Virus record (IMG/VR): IMGVR_UViG_2811995017_000004
Span: 1-64,000 of that record
Direction: 5' to 3' (one strand)
DNA: 64,000 nucleotides
Source of the DNA: an uncultured virus (IMG/VR IMGVR_UViG_2811995017_000004)
Taxonomy: Duplodnaviria; Heunggongvirae; Uroviricota; Caudoviricetes
Made by a program: the position numbers and the translations under genes
Notes under the pieces: model-generated
Told to the model about the DNA's origin: nothing
The model's database searches: none
Seen by the model: only the letters and a program-made list of their open reading frames with translations
Part shown: one piece after another, positions 52,310 to 61,177 of the stretch
Layout: each line of letters opens with the position of its first letter
Numbering within the stretch: the stretch's first letter is position 1

Positions 52310-52582
52310 TTAAATTTTAATCATTTGATTCAATGCTGCATCTGTTTCCTTTATATAGCTGTCTTCCCATTCTTCAGTATCTTCAACCTCATACTCAAGG
52401 TTACAGATATCAAACTCTTCAGCCTCCCCGTCTATATTTATAAAAACAATTTTATAAGCCTCTTGCAATTTCTCAAGTAAAAATTCGGCTTTGTCTTTTG
52501 AAGATTTCATTGAGTCTGCTGAGTTCTCAATGAAGGTGTCAATCTGTAGTAAGCAATTGTTTAGATACTTTTGTTGTGCCAT
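52310..52582 (-). CDS. yopT: YopT-like protein
   Basis: YLNN..L...ADS...DG..E.F....LEYEV..TEE resembles recalled YopT; synteny. Confidence 0.65.
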   Translation of the reverse strand: MAQQKYLNNCLLQIDTFIENSADSMKSSKDKAEFLLEKLQEAYKIVFINIDGEAEEFDICNLEYEVEDTEEWEDSYIKETDAALNQMIKI

Positions 52583-52615
52583 TATCATTTCCCCTATATA
52601 ATGAATTTCCGGAGC

Positions 52616-52629
52616 AGAACACATGTTCT
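52616..52629. promoter_or_regulatory. LexA (DinR) SOS box upstream of yopT
   Basis: AGAAC-ACAT-GTTCT, just downstream of a minus-strand TATAAT. Confidence 0.7.
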
Positions 52630-52934
52630 GTTTTGTTCGTGAGTTTATTATACCTCTTTTTGCTAAACATTTCTAGAGGTAATTTTATATCCTTAAATCA
52701 CTAGGCCAAAAGATCTTATTTATAATATTCCGAAAGTGATTCTTAAACGAAAAGGACTTATGACTCATCCAACTCACTAATACCTCTTCGCTCCGTATGA
52801 CTATGTTACTATATGTTAATTCTTAAGAGAATAGCTATTTTTGTCTCTTTATGTCGAACAAACTCGTTTAAATGGATTTTTCCGATAAATTTACTCGATA
52901 TTTTATTGAATTTATAAATCTAAATTTTAGTAAA

Positions 52935-52963
52935 AGAAAAGGCACCCTTTCATTGGGTGCTCA
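52935..52963 (-). terminator. Terminator after yopR
   Basis: GCACCC-AATGAAA-GGGTGC-CTTTTCTTTT. Confidence 0.75.
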
Positions 52964-52968
52964 TTTCA

Positions 52969-53982
52969 TTAACGCATTTTTATCCCGTCTTTAATTCCAA
53001 GTTCTTTAGCGTAGTACTTTTTAATTTCTTCTTCGTTTACATACTGTTTGATACTATATATTTTTTTAGATAAGTCATCATACCGTTCACTTCTCTTATT
53101 GATGATATGCTCATAATCCTCTTTCTCTAACTTACCCTTTTCCTTGTATATTTTATAGCCTTCATACAAAACACCCGATCTATTTATCCTTGTCGGATTT
53201 AAGAAAGGATAATCATTAACTTCTGGGGCCAGTACAGTCCTCATGGTATAAACAACAACATTAAAAGAAGATCTCTCTAAGTCTTTTTGGGTGCTTGTTT
53301 TTTTATTCCGAATAACATATTCATTATCCGCTAAGGTAAACATACTCCCTCTTGATGATTCTGAAGCTCCATTCTTGTTATGATATTTATTTTCATCCGC
53401 TGCAAGAAGGCATTCGTTTATACATTCATCGCTGACCTTGATTTCCCTTGAGCCATATTTATCATCATGCACAGTTAGGATGTTTCCGTTTTCTTTTGCT
53501 TTTAGAACATCGACTTTTTTTAAATTACGTATTTCACTACATCTATGTCCCTGAACTCCATCAAACAGCAACATAAACATGGCTCTATCCCTATGATTGA
53601 CTAAAGTGTCAATAATCCCTTCGAATTCATTAGCAGTAATATAAAGTTTTTTTCCTTCGTCTATACAATTTTTAACATCTTCAATTGTCAAATCTCTAGA
53701 CAAGTTTGTAGTACCTTTAGTTATTTTTTGATAAATCGCCCAATCAATATACTTTGTAATGTGTGACCAGCAACTCAATAAAGATGAAGTTGTAGATCTA
53801 TTCAAGAGTGTCAAATAATCAAGGATTTCATTAGAATTAAAATCATAAAGATCTTTCTTTAAAAATTTTTCAACCTCTGCTCCTCTTCTAAATATAGAAA
53901 GGATTTGAGGCACCTCTTTCTCATTGACTATTTCTAAAAATTTATTCTTTATATCCTCATTATATAATTTCATTATAAGCAC
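52969..53982 (-). CDS. yopR: Master repressor MrpR/YopR (degenerate tyrosine-recombinase fold)
   Basis: LYDFNSNEI, LLFDGV.G...SEI.NLK; RINRSG replaces HxxR; synteny. Confidence 0.85.
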   Translation of the reverse strand: MLIMKLYNEDIKNKFLEIVNEKEVPQILSIFRRGAEVEKFLKKDLYDFNSNEILDYLTLLNRSTTSSLLSCWSHITKYIDWAIYQKITKGTTNLSRDLTIEDVKNCIDEGKKLYITANEFEGIIDTLVNHRDRAMFMLLFDGVQGHRCSEIRNLKKVDVLKAKENGNILTVHDDKYGSREIKVSDECINECLLAADENKYHNKNGASESSRGSMFTLADNEYVIRNKKTSTQKDLERSSFNVVVYTMRTVLAPEVNDYPFLNPTRINRSGVLYEGYKIYKEKGKLEKEDYEHIINKRSERYDDLSKKIYSIKQYVNEEEIKKYYAKELGIKDGIKMR

Positions 53983-53990
53983 CTCTAAAC

Positions 53991-55367
53991 TTAGACATCT
54001 AACTTGGAAAAGTAATCAATCACATGTTTTAAGCCGTACCTAAACTGAACATGCTTTTTATTATTTAATACTTTTAGACTTTTCCATAGGTCGTTATCCA
54101 TGGAAAAATCAACTTTCAAAAGTGCCTTATCGATTTCCTCGGCAGATTTTGACTCCTGTTTCATTTTTACTCCTAATGCTAAAATGCCTATTATAACAGG
54201 AGACGCGGTGATTAGACTTCTTCTCTCTCTGCCAAATGAATGATTTGTAAAATCATCGATATATGAATTAAAAACAGTATTGAACACTTCCGTAAGATAC
54301 ATGCCCAACTTTCTTGCCTCAGCTAGATTATCCACTTTGTAATTTAAAGAATTGAGAACCATTTTTAAACCTGTAGTAAACCTTTGGAATGTAATGACGA
54401 ATTTTTCATTTCTAAAAATTTCATCACTATTTACTTTAATGTACTCACCTATATCACTGTTATCTCTAATAAAATTAATAATAGTTGACAGATAATCATT
54501 CTCACTCATTTCTGCAACTTTAGATTTTGCCACAGGATTGATGGTGTTTTGTTGTCCAAAATGTTTTCTCGCTTTTTTCATTGTATAGTTATACAAATCA
54601 ACTTTCAAATAAAAATCGTTAACGCTTGGATTCCTTCTGAATGCTCTATTTATACCGTTCAATCTGTGCCATCCATCAATCACATCCAATTGCGTTCCTT
54701 TAGTGACAGTTAATTTTCTTTCTTCCGGATCGAATAACAGTTCAATTCCCTCTTCTGAGCTGCCTAATAAGGCATTGAAAGTCAATACCGATTTATTTAA
54801 ATCATTTTGTTCCACTAATTTTGCAATTGCTTCAACGGAAGCATCAACGAGATCAGGAACTGGTATTTCATCTTCAATCTCTTCGATATAAAGTGTTTTA
54901 TCTGTTCTCTGAGCTTTTGGATTATAGCGCAATAGCTGTGATTCATATAGTTTATGCAGTTCACTTGCTTTAACAAGAAAAATAAAATTATCTTCTGAAA
55001 CCTTTGTTACATCTGTAAATGTATAGGGAAATGAAACCTCTTCACTCTCATAACCCTCCCAATTTAATTCCATCTCTTTAATACGGTTAGGGGGAAAATA
55101 ATTTTCAGGTGAAATTGTTTCATCTCTTGTTAAAGTATACAAATTTTTTGCAAGAAAATATTTTTCAATTGTTGTAAAAACAGCATTTGGGTTACTCAAT
55201 TGTTTAAAAAGCTCCTGCGTTTTCCCAGGCTGAAATTTATCTTTAGCCATCAAATTTCTAAAAGAAATCATTAATTTATTATCGTGTTGTATTTTTAATT
55301 TAACATCAAGTAACCCATCCATTAATTTTTTATCTGCTTCCGCATCAAAAATGATTGGAGAATTCAT
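53991..55367 (-). CDS. yopQ: YopQ-like DndB/ParB-fold protein
   Basis: RYNPKAQR and VIDGWHRL motifs; synteny. Confidence 0.85.
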   Translation of the reverse strand: MNSPIIFDAEADKKLMDGLLDVKLKIQHDNKLMISFRNLMAKDKFQPGKTQELFKQLSNPNAVFTTIEKYFLAKNLYTLTRDETISPENYFPPNRIKEMELNWEGYESEEVSFPYTFTDVTKVSEDNFIFLVKASELHKLYESQLLRYNPKAQRTDKTLYIEEIEDEIPVPDLVDASVEAIAKLVEQNDLNKSVLTFNALLGSSEEGIELLFDPEERKLTVTKGTQLDVIDGWHRLNGINRAFRRNPSVNDFYLKVDLYNYTMKKARKHFGQQNTINPVAKSKVAEMSENDYLSTIINFIRDNSDIGEYIKVNSDEIFRNEKFVITFQRFTTGLKMVLNSLNYKVDNLAEARKLGMYLTEVFNTVFNSYIDDFTNHSFGRERRSLITASPVIIGILALGVKMKQESKSAEEIDKALLKVDFSMDNDLWKSLKVLNNKKHVQFRYGLKHVIDYFSKLDV

Positions 55368-55424
55368 TACATCACCTCATTTAATCTAAATTAAATGTAG
55401 CAGATCGCCTTTTTTTAATCAAGA

Positions 55425-56525
55425 TTATAATGGTTTAACCGCGAAAAAATGTAATGCCTTTCTTAACGTTTGTTTATCACACTGCTCAAAAAAACGTAAG
55501 AATTCTTCTTTTGTAATGTCTTTCAAAATTGATACATCTAATTCTTCATCCATTATAATACCTGCAGTCTGTGAAATGTCTTTATTATCATTTAAATAAC
55601 GTAGTGTTGTGTCGAATCTGCTGTGGTCTGCTTGCTTCATTGCAGCTCTATAATCTTTCCCTGTCGCCTCAAATACTTCAGTTATTCCCACTCCTCTAAA
55701 TGAATGAGGTACTATACCTTTTTCTTCAGGTATTCCAAGTCTTTTCAATGCACGCTTTAGTGATTCTCTAAAAGCGTCTTCTGAAAGTCCTTCAAACACT
55801 CTGTCAGTGTCTTTTGTTTCTTCACTCTTTAATGCAAGTAACTGTTCATAAAACACTCTGTGTATACCTGTAGTACGCAATTTCGCTCCCTTGTCAATGA
55901 CCGTAACAATAAACCAATCCGGGTTTTCAGAAGAAACCTCAAAATCACACCATCTAACGTCCAGGGCAGCCGATATTCTGAAAGATGATCTAAGCAAAAA
56001 ACCTCCGAACAATTTTTTCAAAAGTGGTTTTTGCTTTTCATAAATGAACATATTTTCACAGATCATCTCTGCTTGAATTTGGGAAGTGTTTGCCCTAGTT
56101 CTCTTTATTTCAGGACTTCTTTTAATTTTATAGAAAGCATCATCGTCAACAAATTCAGGATACAGTCTCTTGAGCTCCGAGTGAAGCGATTTCAATGCTG
56201 CGATCTTTCGATTAATTGTTGTGTTAGCTAATCCCTTCTGTGTAAGATGGTGTTTAAATGCCAAAACATCTGACCTTTTAAAAGACAGATGCTCCTCTTT
56301 TAAAAATTCAATTTCAGTTTTACAATAAAATCTAAAGAACTGCTTTATGTCACCTAAATAATTTATTGCTGTGTTTGATTGAAGTCCGTACTTGGATTTT
56401 TTCTTTTGTTTTCTGTCAAATCCTTTAACGTTTCCGGCCAAGCTTTCGGTGTCTTTCTCTCTTAAATAAGTTAAAATATCATTAAAGACCGAGTATTCCC
56501 GGATAGATTTAACTTGAGCACCCAT
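55425..56525 (-). CDS. yopP: Tyrosine recombinase with an intact-looking catalytic set
   Basis: SFRIS (R), DKG.K, PHSFR (HxxR), DHS, TTLRY (Y); N-terminal TINRKIAALKS SAM-like domain. Confidence 0.88.
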   Translation of the reverse strand: MGAQVKSIREYSVFNDILTYLREKDTESLAGNVKGFDRKQKKKSKYGLQSNTAINYLGDIKQFFRFYCKTEIEFLKEEHLSFKRSDVLAFKHHLTQKGLANTTINRKIAALKSLHSELKRLYPEFVDDDAFYKIKRSPEIKRTRANTSQIQAEMICENMFIYEKQKPLLKKLFGGFLLRSSFRISAALDVRWCDFEVSSENPDWFIVTVIDKGAKLRTTGIHRVFYEQLLALKSEETKDTDRVFEGLSEDAFRESLKRALKRLGIPEEKGIVPHSFRGVGITEVFEATGKDYRAAMKQADHSRFDTTLRYLNDNKDISQTAGIIMDEELDVSILKDITKEEFLRFFEQCDKQTLRKALHFFAVKPL

Positions 56526-56588
56526 TATCCGTAAATCCCCCTTTTTATAAGCTATATTATGTATTCGATTTATATTTTTAATTTGTTT

Positions 56589-56891
56589 TTATTTAGATAG
56601 GAAAACTCCAAATTCGTTCAATGCGTCTTCTTTTATGTCTAATAAAAATTTTAGAACTTCTTTATTCTTTTCTTTCTTTTCAAATAGATCACTACAAGTT
56701 ATTCTAATTATTTTAATCGATTCGTTTATTTGTTTAAAAAATTCATCTATTCTTAATTTCGCTCTAAACAACTCCATTGAGCTGTTGGATCGTAATAATT
56801 GATGTCTAATATGTAGCCTTTCGTCTTGAAATGTTTTTATAATCTCTCCATAATCATTATCTGCTTTTAATTTGTTTTTTATATTTCTCAT
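56589..56891 (-). CDS. yopN: YopN (SroB)-like protein
   Basis: ELFR.K..I..FF...NKEVLKFL..IK..ALNE resembles recalled YopN; synteny. Confidence 0.65.
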   Translation of the reverse strand: MRNIKNKLKADNDYGEIIKTFQDERLHIRHQLLRSNSSMELFRAKLRIDEFFKQINESIKIIRITCSDLFEKKEKNKEVLKFLLDIKEDALNEFGVFLSK

Positions 56892-57097
56892 CTATTTTCC
56901 CCTATTTGTGCACTCAGTAGCGCCATATAACCTTTTGTGAGTTCTTTTCTAATATTTTTTCTCTTTTCTTTATCTAGCTGCTCTTTTTCATGATCAACAT
57001 CAAAAATCCATTTTTCTCCATACTTTCTTAATTTATTTTCATATGCTTGTTTGAAGTACTCAATTGTGTTATTGCTTTGTTGGCCGCATGGAATCAT
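56888..57097 (-). CDS. yopM: YopM (SroA)-like protein
   Basis: KYG..WIF..DH.KE...KE.RK.IRKELT..Y resembles recalled YopM; synteny. Confidence 0.65.
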   Translation of the reverse strand: MIPCGQQSNNTIEYFKQAYENKLRKYGEKWIFDVDHEKEQLDKEKRKNIRKELTKGYMALLSAQIGENR

Positions 57098-57141
57098 AAT
57101 CTGAACCCCTCTCTAACTAAACTATTTATTAATATATTATC

Positions 57142-57170
57142 ATTTTAATTGATATAAGAAGCTTTGTAAA
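57142..57170 (-). promoter_or_regulatory. sigmaA promoter of the yopM operon
   Basis: TTTACA-N17-TAAAAT. Confidence 0.6.
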
Positions 57171-57198
57171 CCCTTTTAGATTATTTTTCCACGGCAAA

Positions 57199-57325
57199 TA
57201 GCACATTCTTTTTGGCTTTTTTGAATGTGCTGCATGACTTATGATTTTACTGAAATGGAGAACTTGAATTTTAATAAAAATTCTAAGAAAATGGAAAAGA
57301 CGCTTGACTAAAGTGTCAAACGTCC
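57199..57325 (-). other. aimX-position intergenic region with inverted repeats
   Basis: GCACATTC-N14-GAATGTGC (~57201-57230) and GACGCTTGAC-N6-GTCAAACGTC (~57299-57324). Confidence 0.55.
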
Positions 57326-57354
57326 AGTTATGTATAAAGTGCTTTTATTTAATT

Positions 57355-57471
57355 TTATGCTCCAACCGTAAACCCTGCAATAGAATAGCCGCTGTTGTTA
57401 ACTTGGGAAGCAACGTATCCTACTGCCAGAAGAGTAGCTGAAACAAAGATTCCGATCAATAATTTCTTCAT
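57355..57471 (-). CDS. aimP: Arbitrium propeptide; predicted mature peptide GFTVGA
   Basis: Not in the ORF track: MKKLLIGIFVSATLLAVGYVASQVNNSGYSIA-GFTVGA; AAGGAGGTG RBS directly after aimR. Confidence 0.92.
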   Translation of the reverse strand: MKKLLIGIFVSATLLAVGYVASQVNNSGYSIAGFTVGA

Positions 57472-57499
57472 ACTATCACCTCCTTTCAAGGATAATGAA

Positions 57500-58690
57500 T
57501 TACATTACCATTATCTCTAAAATTTCTTTGTCTACTCCCAATTTCTCCAACTCCATTAAAGGCAGTCTACAAGAGAATTTATCACCGCTCATTTTAAAAT
57601 ACTTAACTGATTTTAAGAAATAATCTTTAGAATTTTCAACAAGTCCTTTGTAATAATAATGCAATCCCATTTCATTAGCGTCTTGCTCTAAAACCTCTAA
57701 TTTAGAAAGCATTTTTTTGGCCTGTCCAATATCCCCTTTTCTGATAAGATAATGAATAACCTCTTGTCTATCTATGATTTCCTTAGAGTCTACATTTAAA
57801 TATTTGTTTTCTTTATTCCATAAATTCTCTAAAAAACAAAGGTTTCTAATAGCAAATCGCTCATAAAATGCATCCCCTTTTACAAGTTCTAATCCTTTTA
57901 AAAAACAACTTTTAGATTTCTCATAATCAGTCATCATTAAAGAACTCCCATAGGTAAGAAACGAGAAAAAATTAATTCTTTTTACATTTGAGTTTTCCAT
58001 TCCATATTTGGCATACTCCCGTGCTTTTTCAAGCTCATTAGTTCCAAAAAAACAATTAGCTAACAACAGCATATATCTACTTTTAAATGAATAATAAACA
58101 TAATTCTCGTTCCTAATAACGTCTAAGACTACGTTCTCACTCATATCTTTAAGCCTGGTAAACTGCCTTGAAGCAAGAATGGAATACATAGGAATTAACC
58201 TTGAATAAACCTTCATTTCAAGTGATTTAGGATTAATTTCTCCCAGAATCCTTATACACTCTTCGATGCTTATCTTTCCGCAGTCGAGTTCTCTTTGGAG
58301 AGAGTATACCTTTCCCCATTCCTTACTGATTGCATTTTTAGCAGCTCTTAAGTTCTCGATATGAGTATCTAAAGTATCGTATAACTGATTTACACTTAAA
58401 TATTCTAAACCTTGTCTTGCTGCAGACTTATTAGGATCTAAAGTTAGTATGTATTCACTCATTAATTCAAATTCATTATCAGGGGATACTCTTTGAACAA
58501 CATTTATTAAGCCCTGGATGTTATCCATTTCTTTTTTATCATTAAAAATAAACTGATGAAACCCAGATGAATTAGAATATCCAGCTATTTTAGCGAGTTC
58601 TTTTTCGAGTCCTCGTTCTTCTTCACATTTGTTCTTTAATAAACTTTTCAACTCCAATTCTTTCACCACGTTTCCCCTTTTAATATACAT
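57500..58690 (-). CDS. aimR: Arbitrium receptor (RRNPP/TPR)
   Basis: N-terminal HTH, ARQGLEYL..N, TPRs, C-terminal SVKYFKMSGDKF...PL.EL; followed by aimP. Confidence 0.92.
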   Translation of the reverse strand: MYIKRGNVVKELELKSLLKNKCEEERGLEKELAKIAGYSNSSGFHQFIFNDKKEMDNIQGLINVVQRVSPDNEFELMSEYILTLDPNKSAARQGLEYLSVNQLYDTLDTHIENLRAAKNAISKEWGKVYSLQRELDCGKISIEECIRILGEINPKSLEMKVYSRLIPMYSILASRQFTRLKDMSENVVLDVIRNENYVYYSFKSRYMLLLANCFFGTNELEKAREYAKYGMENSNVKRINFFSFLTYGSSLMMTDYEKSKSCFLKGLELVKGDAFYERFAIRNLCFLENLWNKENKYLNVDSKEIIDRQEVIHYLIRKGDIGQAKKMLSKLEVLEQDANEMGLHYYYKGLVENSKDYFLKSVKYFKMSGDKFSCRLPLMELEKLGVDKEILEIMVM

Positions 58691-58692
58691 TC

Positions 58693-58721
58693 ATAATATC
58701 ATGGTACACATTTCTGGTCAA
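58693..58721 (-). promoter_or_regulatory. sigmaA promoter of aimR, with the conserved element just upstream
   Basis: TTGACC-N17-TATTAT; TAAACAAATTAAAA at 58729-58742. Confidence 0.65.
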
Positions 58722-58802
58722 TTATTATTTTTAATTTGTTTATAAAATTTTAAATGCACAGAAGATCGCTCTCCCCTGCGCATCATAGGTTATATAATAT
58801 TT

Positions 58803-59030
58803 TCAATTTTCTTTTTTCATTAAGATATTTAAGTGCTCTCTAAGAAACTTTTCGAACTCTTCATCATTATTAAGGTCATTGAGATCCGTTTCTTTATTTA
58901 ATATAGTTTGCTGACTGTTATACTCACTTTTCAAAGTCTCAATAAGCTGCAGAAAGCTTTTGTCGTGCTGTCGCTCCCAGATTTGAGTAATCAACCCTGC
59001 TATTCTATTAATTCGTTCACCGTCTCTCAT
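58803..59030 (-). CDS. Hypothetical protein
   Basis: GGAGGTG RBS; MRD.ERI..I...I..IW pattern. Confidence 0.7.
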   Translation of the reverse strand: MRDGERINRIAGLITQIWERQHDKSFLQLIETLKSEYNSQQTILNKETDLNDLNNDEEFEKFLREHLNILMKKEN

Positions 59031-59082
59031 GAAACACCTCCAAATGACTTTAAAACAATTATTTTAAATGGATTTGTTATTA

Positions 59083-60540
59083 TTACATGTTAATTTGCGC
59101 CAACTCGAGGGCATAATCAGGAGAAACACCTAAACGAATTAGAGAGTCCTTAATATCATTTTTATCATAAGCCACGTAATCCTTGCTATAATGTTTCATA
59201 GTATATTGAATAAGCTCTATATATTCCTCTATTTTGTTTAACCTCTTAACAATTTTCTCCACAACCATTGGATTCGGCATTTCAAAACATTTTTTTGATT
59301 CGCTATTCCTTAATTGTTCCTTTATTAAACGATATGCCCATCCAATGTCTTTGTCTTCTAAGAAGCTAATTAGTTTCCAATAATGTAGGTCATTTTTAAC
59401 TTGTACGTTACTCTTCCCTATTTTGTTACCTAGAATAACAACCTCATCATAAAGGGATCTAAATCCCTCAAGTGTAAGTGTATCTAATTGGTCATACAAT
59501 ATTTTAGTTTTTATTTCATATTCTGCAGTGATTTTTCTTTGGCTTATGGTCTTCTCCTTGATATTTAATTCACTTTCTTTTTTTTGTATTCTTTCTCCTC
59601 GTTTCAGCAGTTCTTTTTCTAGACTTTTCAATTCATCTTGTTTCCTTACTATATCTTCCATCTTTTGGAATGCTAAAGTTAAAACTTGATCGGCTTTTTG
59701 TATTGGAGTAATCTCGTTATCTTTAATATTAGGAATTGCCTTGAGTCTAACTGTTTTTTCATCATTAACATTGTCATTATCTCTTATTTCTTGCTCATGT
59801 TGAAAACAATCAAGATAATAATTTTTAATAACATAGCCTTTAAAAAAGTCTTCATTTTTAAATCGCAATACATTATTCCATAAATCGTTCCCGCTATGAT
59901 CCTTTTTGAACTGAAATGGCAAGCCATCAAAAAAACGTTGAGTAATAAATATTTCACCTGGCTCAGCCATGTCTGTGTGTTTACTTGCGATATTTGCAAT
60001 TTTTCCAGCCCAAACTAAATCTTTCGACTCTTCTTCCCGCAACTTCATGCCGACTTGAGTAAGTAATACATTTCCATAGTCAATACCTATACCACATTCT
60101 ATCTGTTTCCCATTTACAGTTTCTTGGCATTTAGGGTTAAAGTAGTTGTCAATTACAGTGAGAATCGCTCTTGCAGCTTCTAAAGCTTTTTCAGTTGATT
60201 TTCTGTCTTCATCGTCCACAAACACGCCCATAACTCGATCGCCTACAATCTGTCTTACACTTCCACCACTATAATTAATACACATTACGATTGCACGCAC
60301 AAAAGCTCTATATATCTTTGCCATACTTTTAGCCCAAGAGCTATCTGATAAGCTGGTCGAGCCCCTAATGTCAACGAACAGAATTGAGCAGCTAACCACT
60401 AAACCTATATTAACGTCCTCTAGTTCCTCAACAGAAGGAACTACACCGCCATCATAATCCTGTACCTTCATTTCTGAATCAAAAACTTCACTCAGCTTAT
60501 ATTTAATTTCTTCTAACTTATCAAGTTTCCAGTTCTCCAT
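59083..60540 (-). CDS. pycC: Pycsar pyrimidine cyclase with a C-terminal coiled-coil/helical extension
   Basis: Class III cyclase motifs LFVDIRGST, GDRVMGVF, GIGIDYG, DLVWAG..AN.ASK; adjacent to a PycTM-type effector. Confidence 0.85.
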   Translation of the reverse strand: MENWKLDKLEEIKYKLSEVFDSEMKVQDYDGGVVPSVEELEDVNIGLVVSCSILFVDIRGSTSLSDSSWAKSMAKIYRAFVRAIVMCINYSGGSVRQIVGDRVMGVFVDDEDRKSTEKALEAARAILTVIDNYFNPKCQETVNGKQIECGIGIDYGNVLLTQVGMKLREEESKDLVWAGKIANIASKHTDMAEPGEIFITQRFFDGLPFQFKKDHSGNDLWNNVLRFKNEDFFKGYVIKNYYLDCFQHEQEIRDNDNVNDEKTVRLKAIPNIKDNEITPIQKADQVLTLAFQKMEDIVRKQDELKSLEKELLKRGERIQKKESELNIKEKTISQRKITAEYEIKTKILYDQLDTLTLEGFRSLYDEVVILGNKIGKSNVQVKNDLHYWKLISFLEDKDIGWAYRLIKEQLRNSESKKCFEMPNPMVVEKIVKRLNKIEEYIELIQYTMKHYSKDYVAYDKNDIKDSLIRLGVSPDYALELAQINM

Positions 60541-60550
60541 TTCCCCACCT

Positions 60551-61150
60551 CTATTTAACTAAAAACATTGTCCAAGTTCCCATAATCAAAAATAATGCAA
60601 AAAACAGTAATGACCATTTTGTAAATGACATTGCTTTTTTAAAACTTGTAAATTTTTCAGTTGCTATTTTTGAATTAATATAGACTTGTGACTCTATGTC
60701 CTGTATTAAATCTTCCTCTGATTCTAATTGTTTATTTTCTTTATAGAATTCGTTAAAACTTTTTTCTGCTATGCTTTGAAAATGCAAATTTGAATTGGCT
60801 TTAATATCATACTCAATAAAGTGGTTAGGATCTAAATTCGGTCTTAATGAATCTAAAATATACTTACTCGCAATCCCAAACAAAGAGAGAAAAACAATTA
60901 ATATTATTAAGGACAGCGATGCTAAATAAAAAATAATATTTTTATAATCGAATGCCAGCAATATCTGAGCAATCGTTTTTAGAATGTCATAAAGAAACTC
61001 ACTCGAAAACAGTACTCCTATAAATATTCCTAAAAAAGCGAGCACAAATGATGCTTTGCTGTCGCTGTTTGAAATCCAAAAGTTTATTCTATCTAAGTTT
61101 TTATATGCATCATCCTTGTTATATTTTCTTACTCTGTTACTATTCTTCAT
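60551..61150 (-). CDS. pycTM: Pycsar transmembrane effector
   Basis: WISNSDSKAS, TM helices, LRP, NLHFQSIA, QVYINSKIATEKF, C-terminal TM. Confidence 0.85.
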   Translation of the reverse strand: MKNSNRVRKYNKDDAYKNLDRINFWISNSDSKASFVLAFLGIFIGVLFSSEFLYDILKTIAQILLAFDYKNIIFYLASLSLIILIVFLSLFGIASKYILDSLRPNLDPNHFIEYDIKANSNLHFQSIAEKSFNEFYKENKQLESEEDLIQDIESQVYINSKIATEKFTSFKKAMSFTKWSLLFFALFLIMGTWTMFLVK

Positions 61151-61177
61151 AAAATTTTCCCCTATGATATGAATTTA

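Noticed and set aside
53991..55367. Phosphorothioation (dnd) system suggested by the DGxHR motif
   Set aside because: No dndACDE/ssp genes; position identifies it as the YopQ regulator.
57177..57236. 19-codon ORF MQHIQKSQKECAICRGKII as AimX
   Set aside because: No RBS, and it coincides with an inverted repeat; unsupported.
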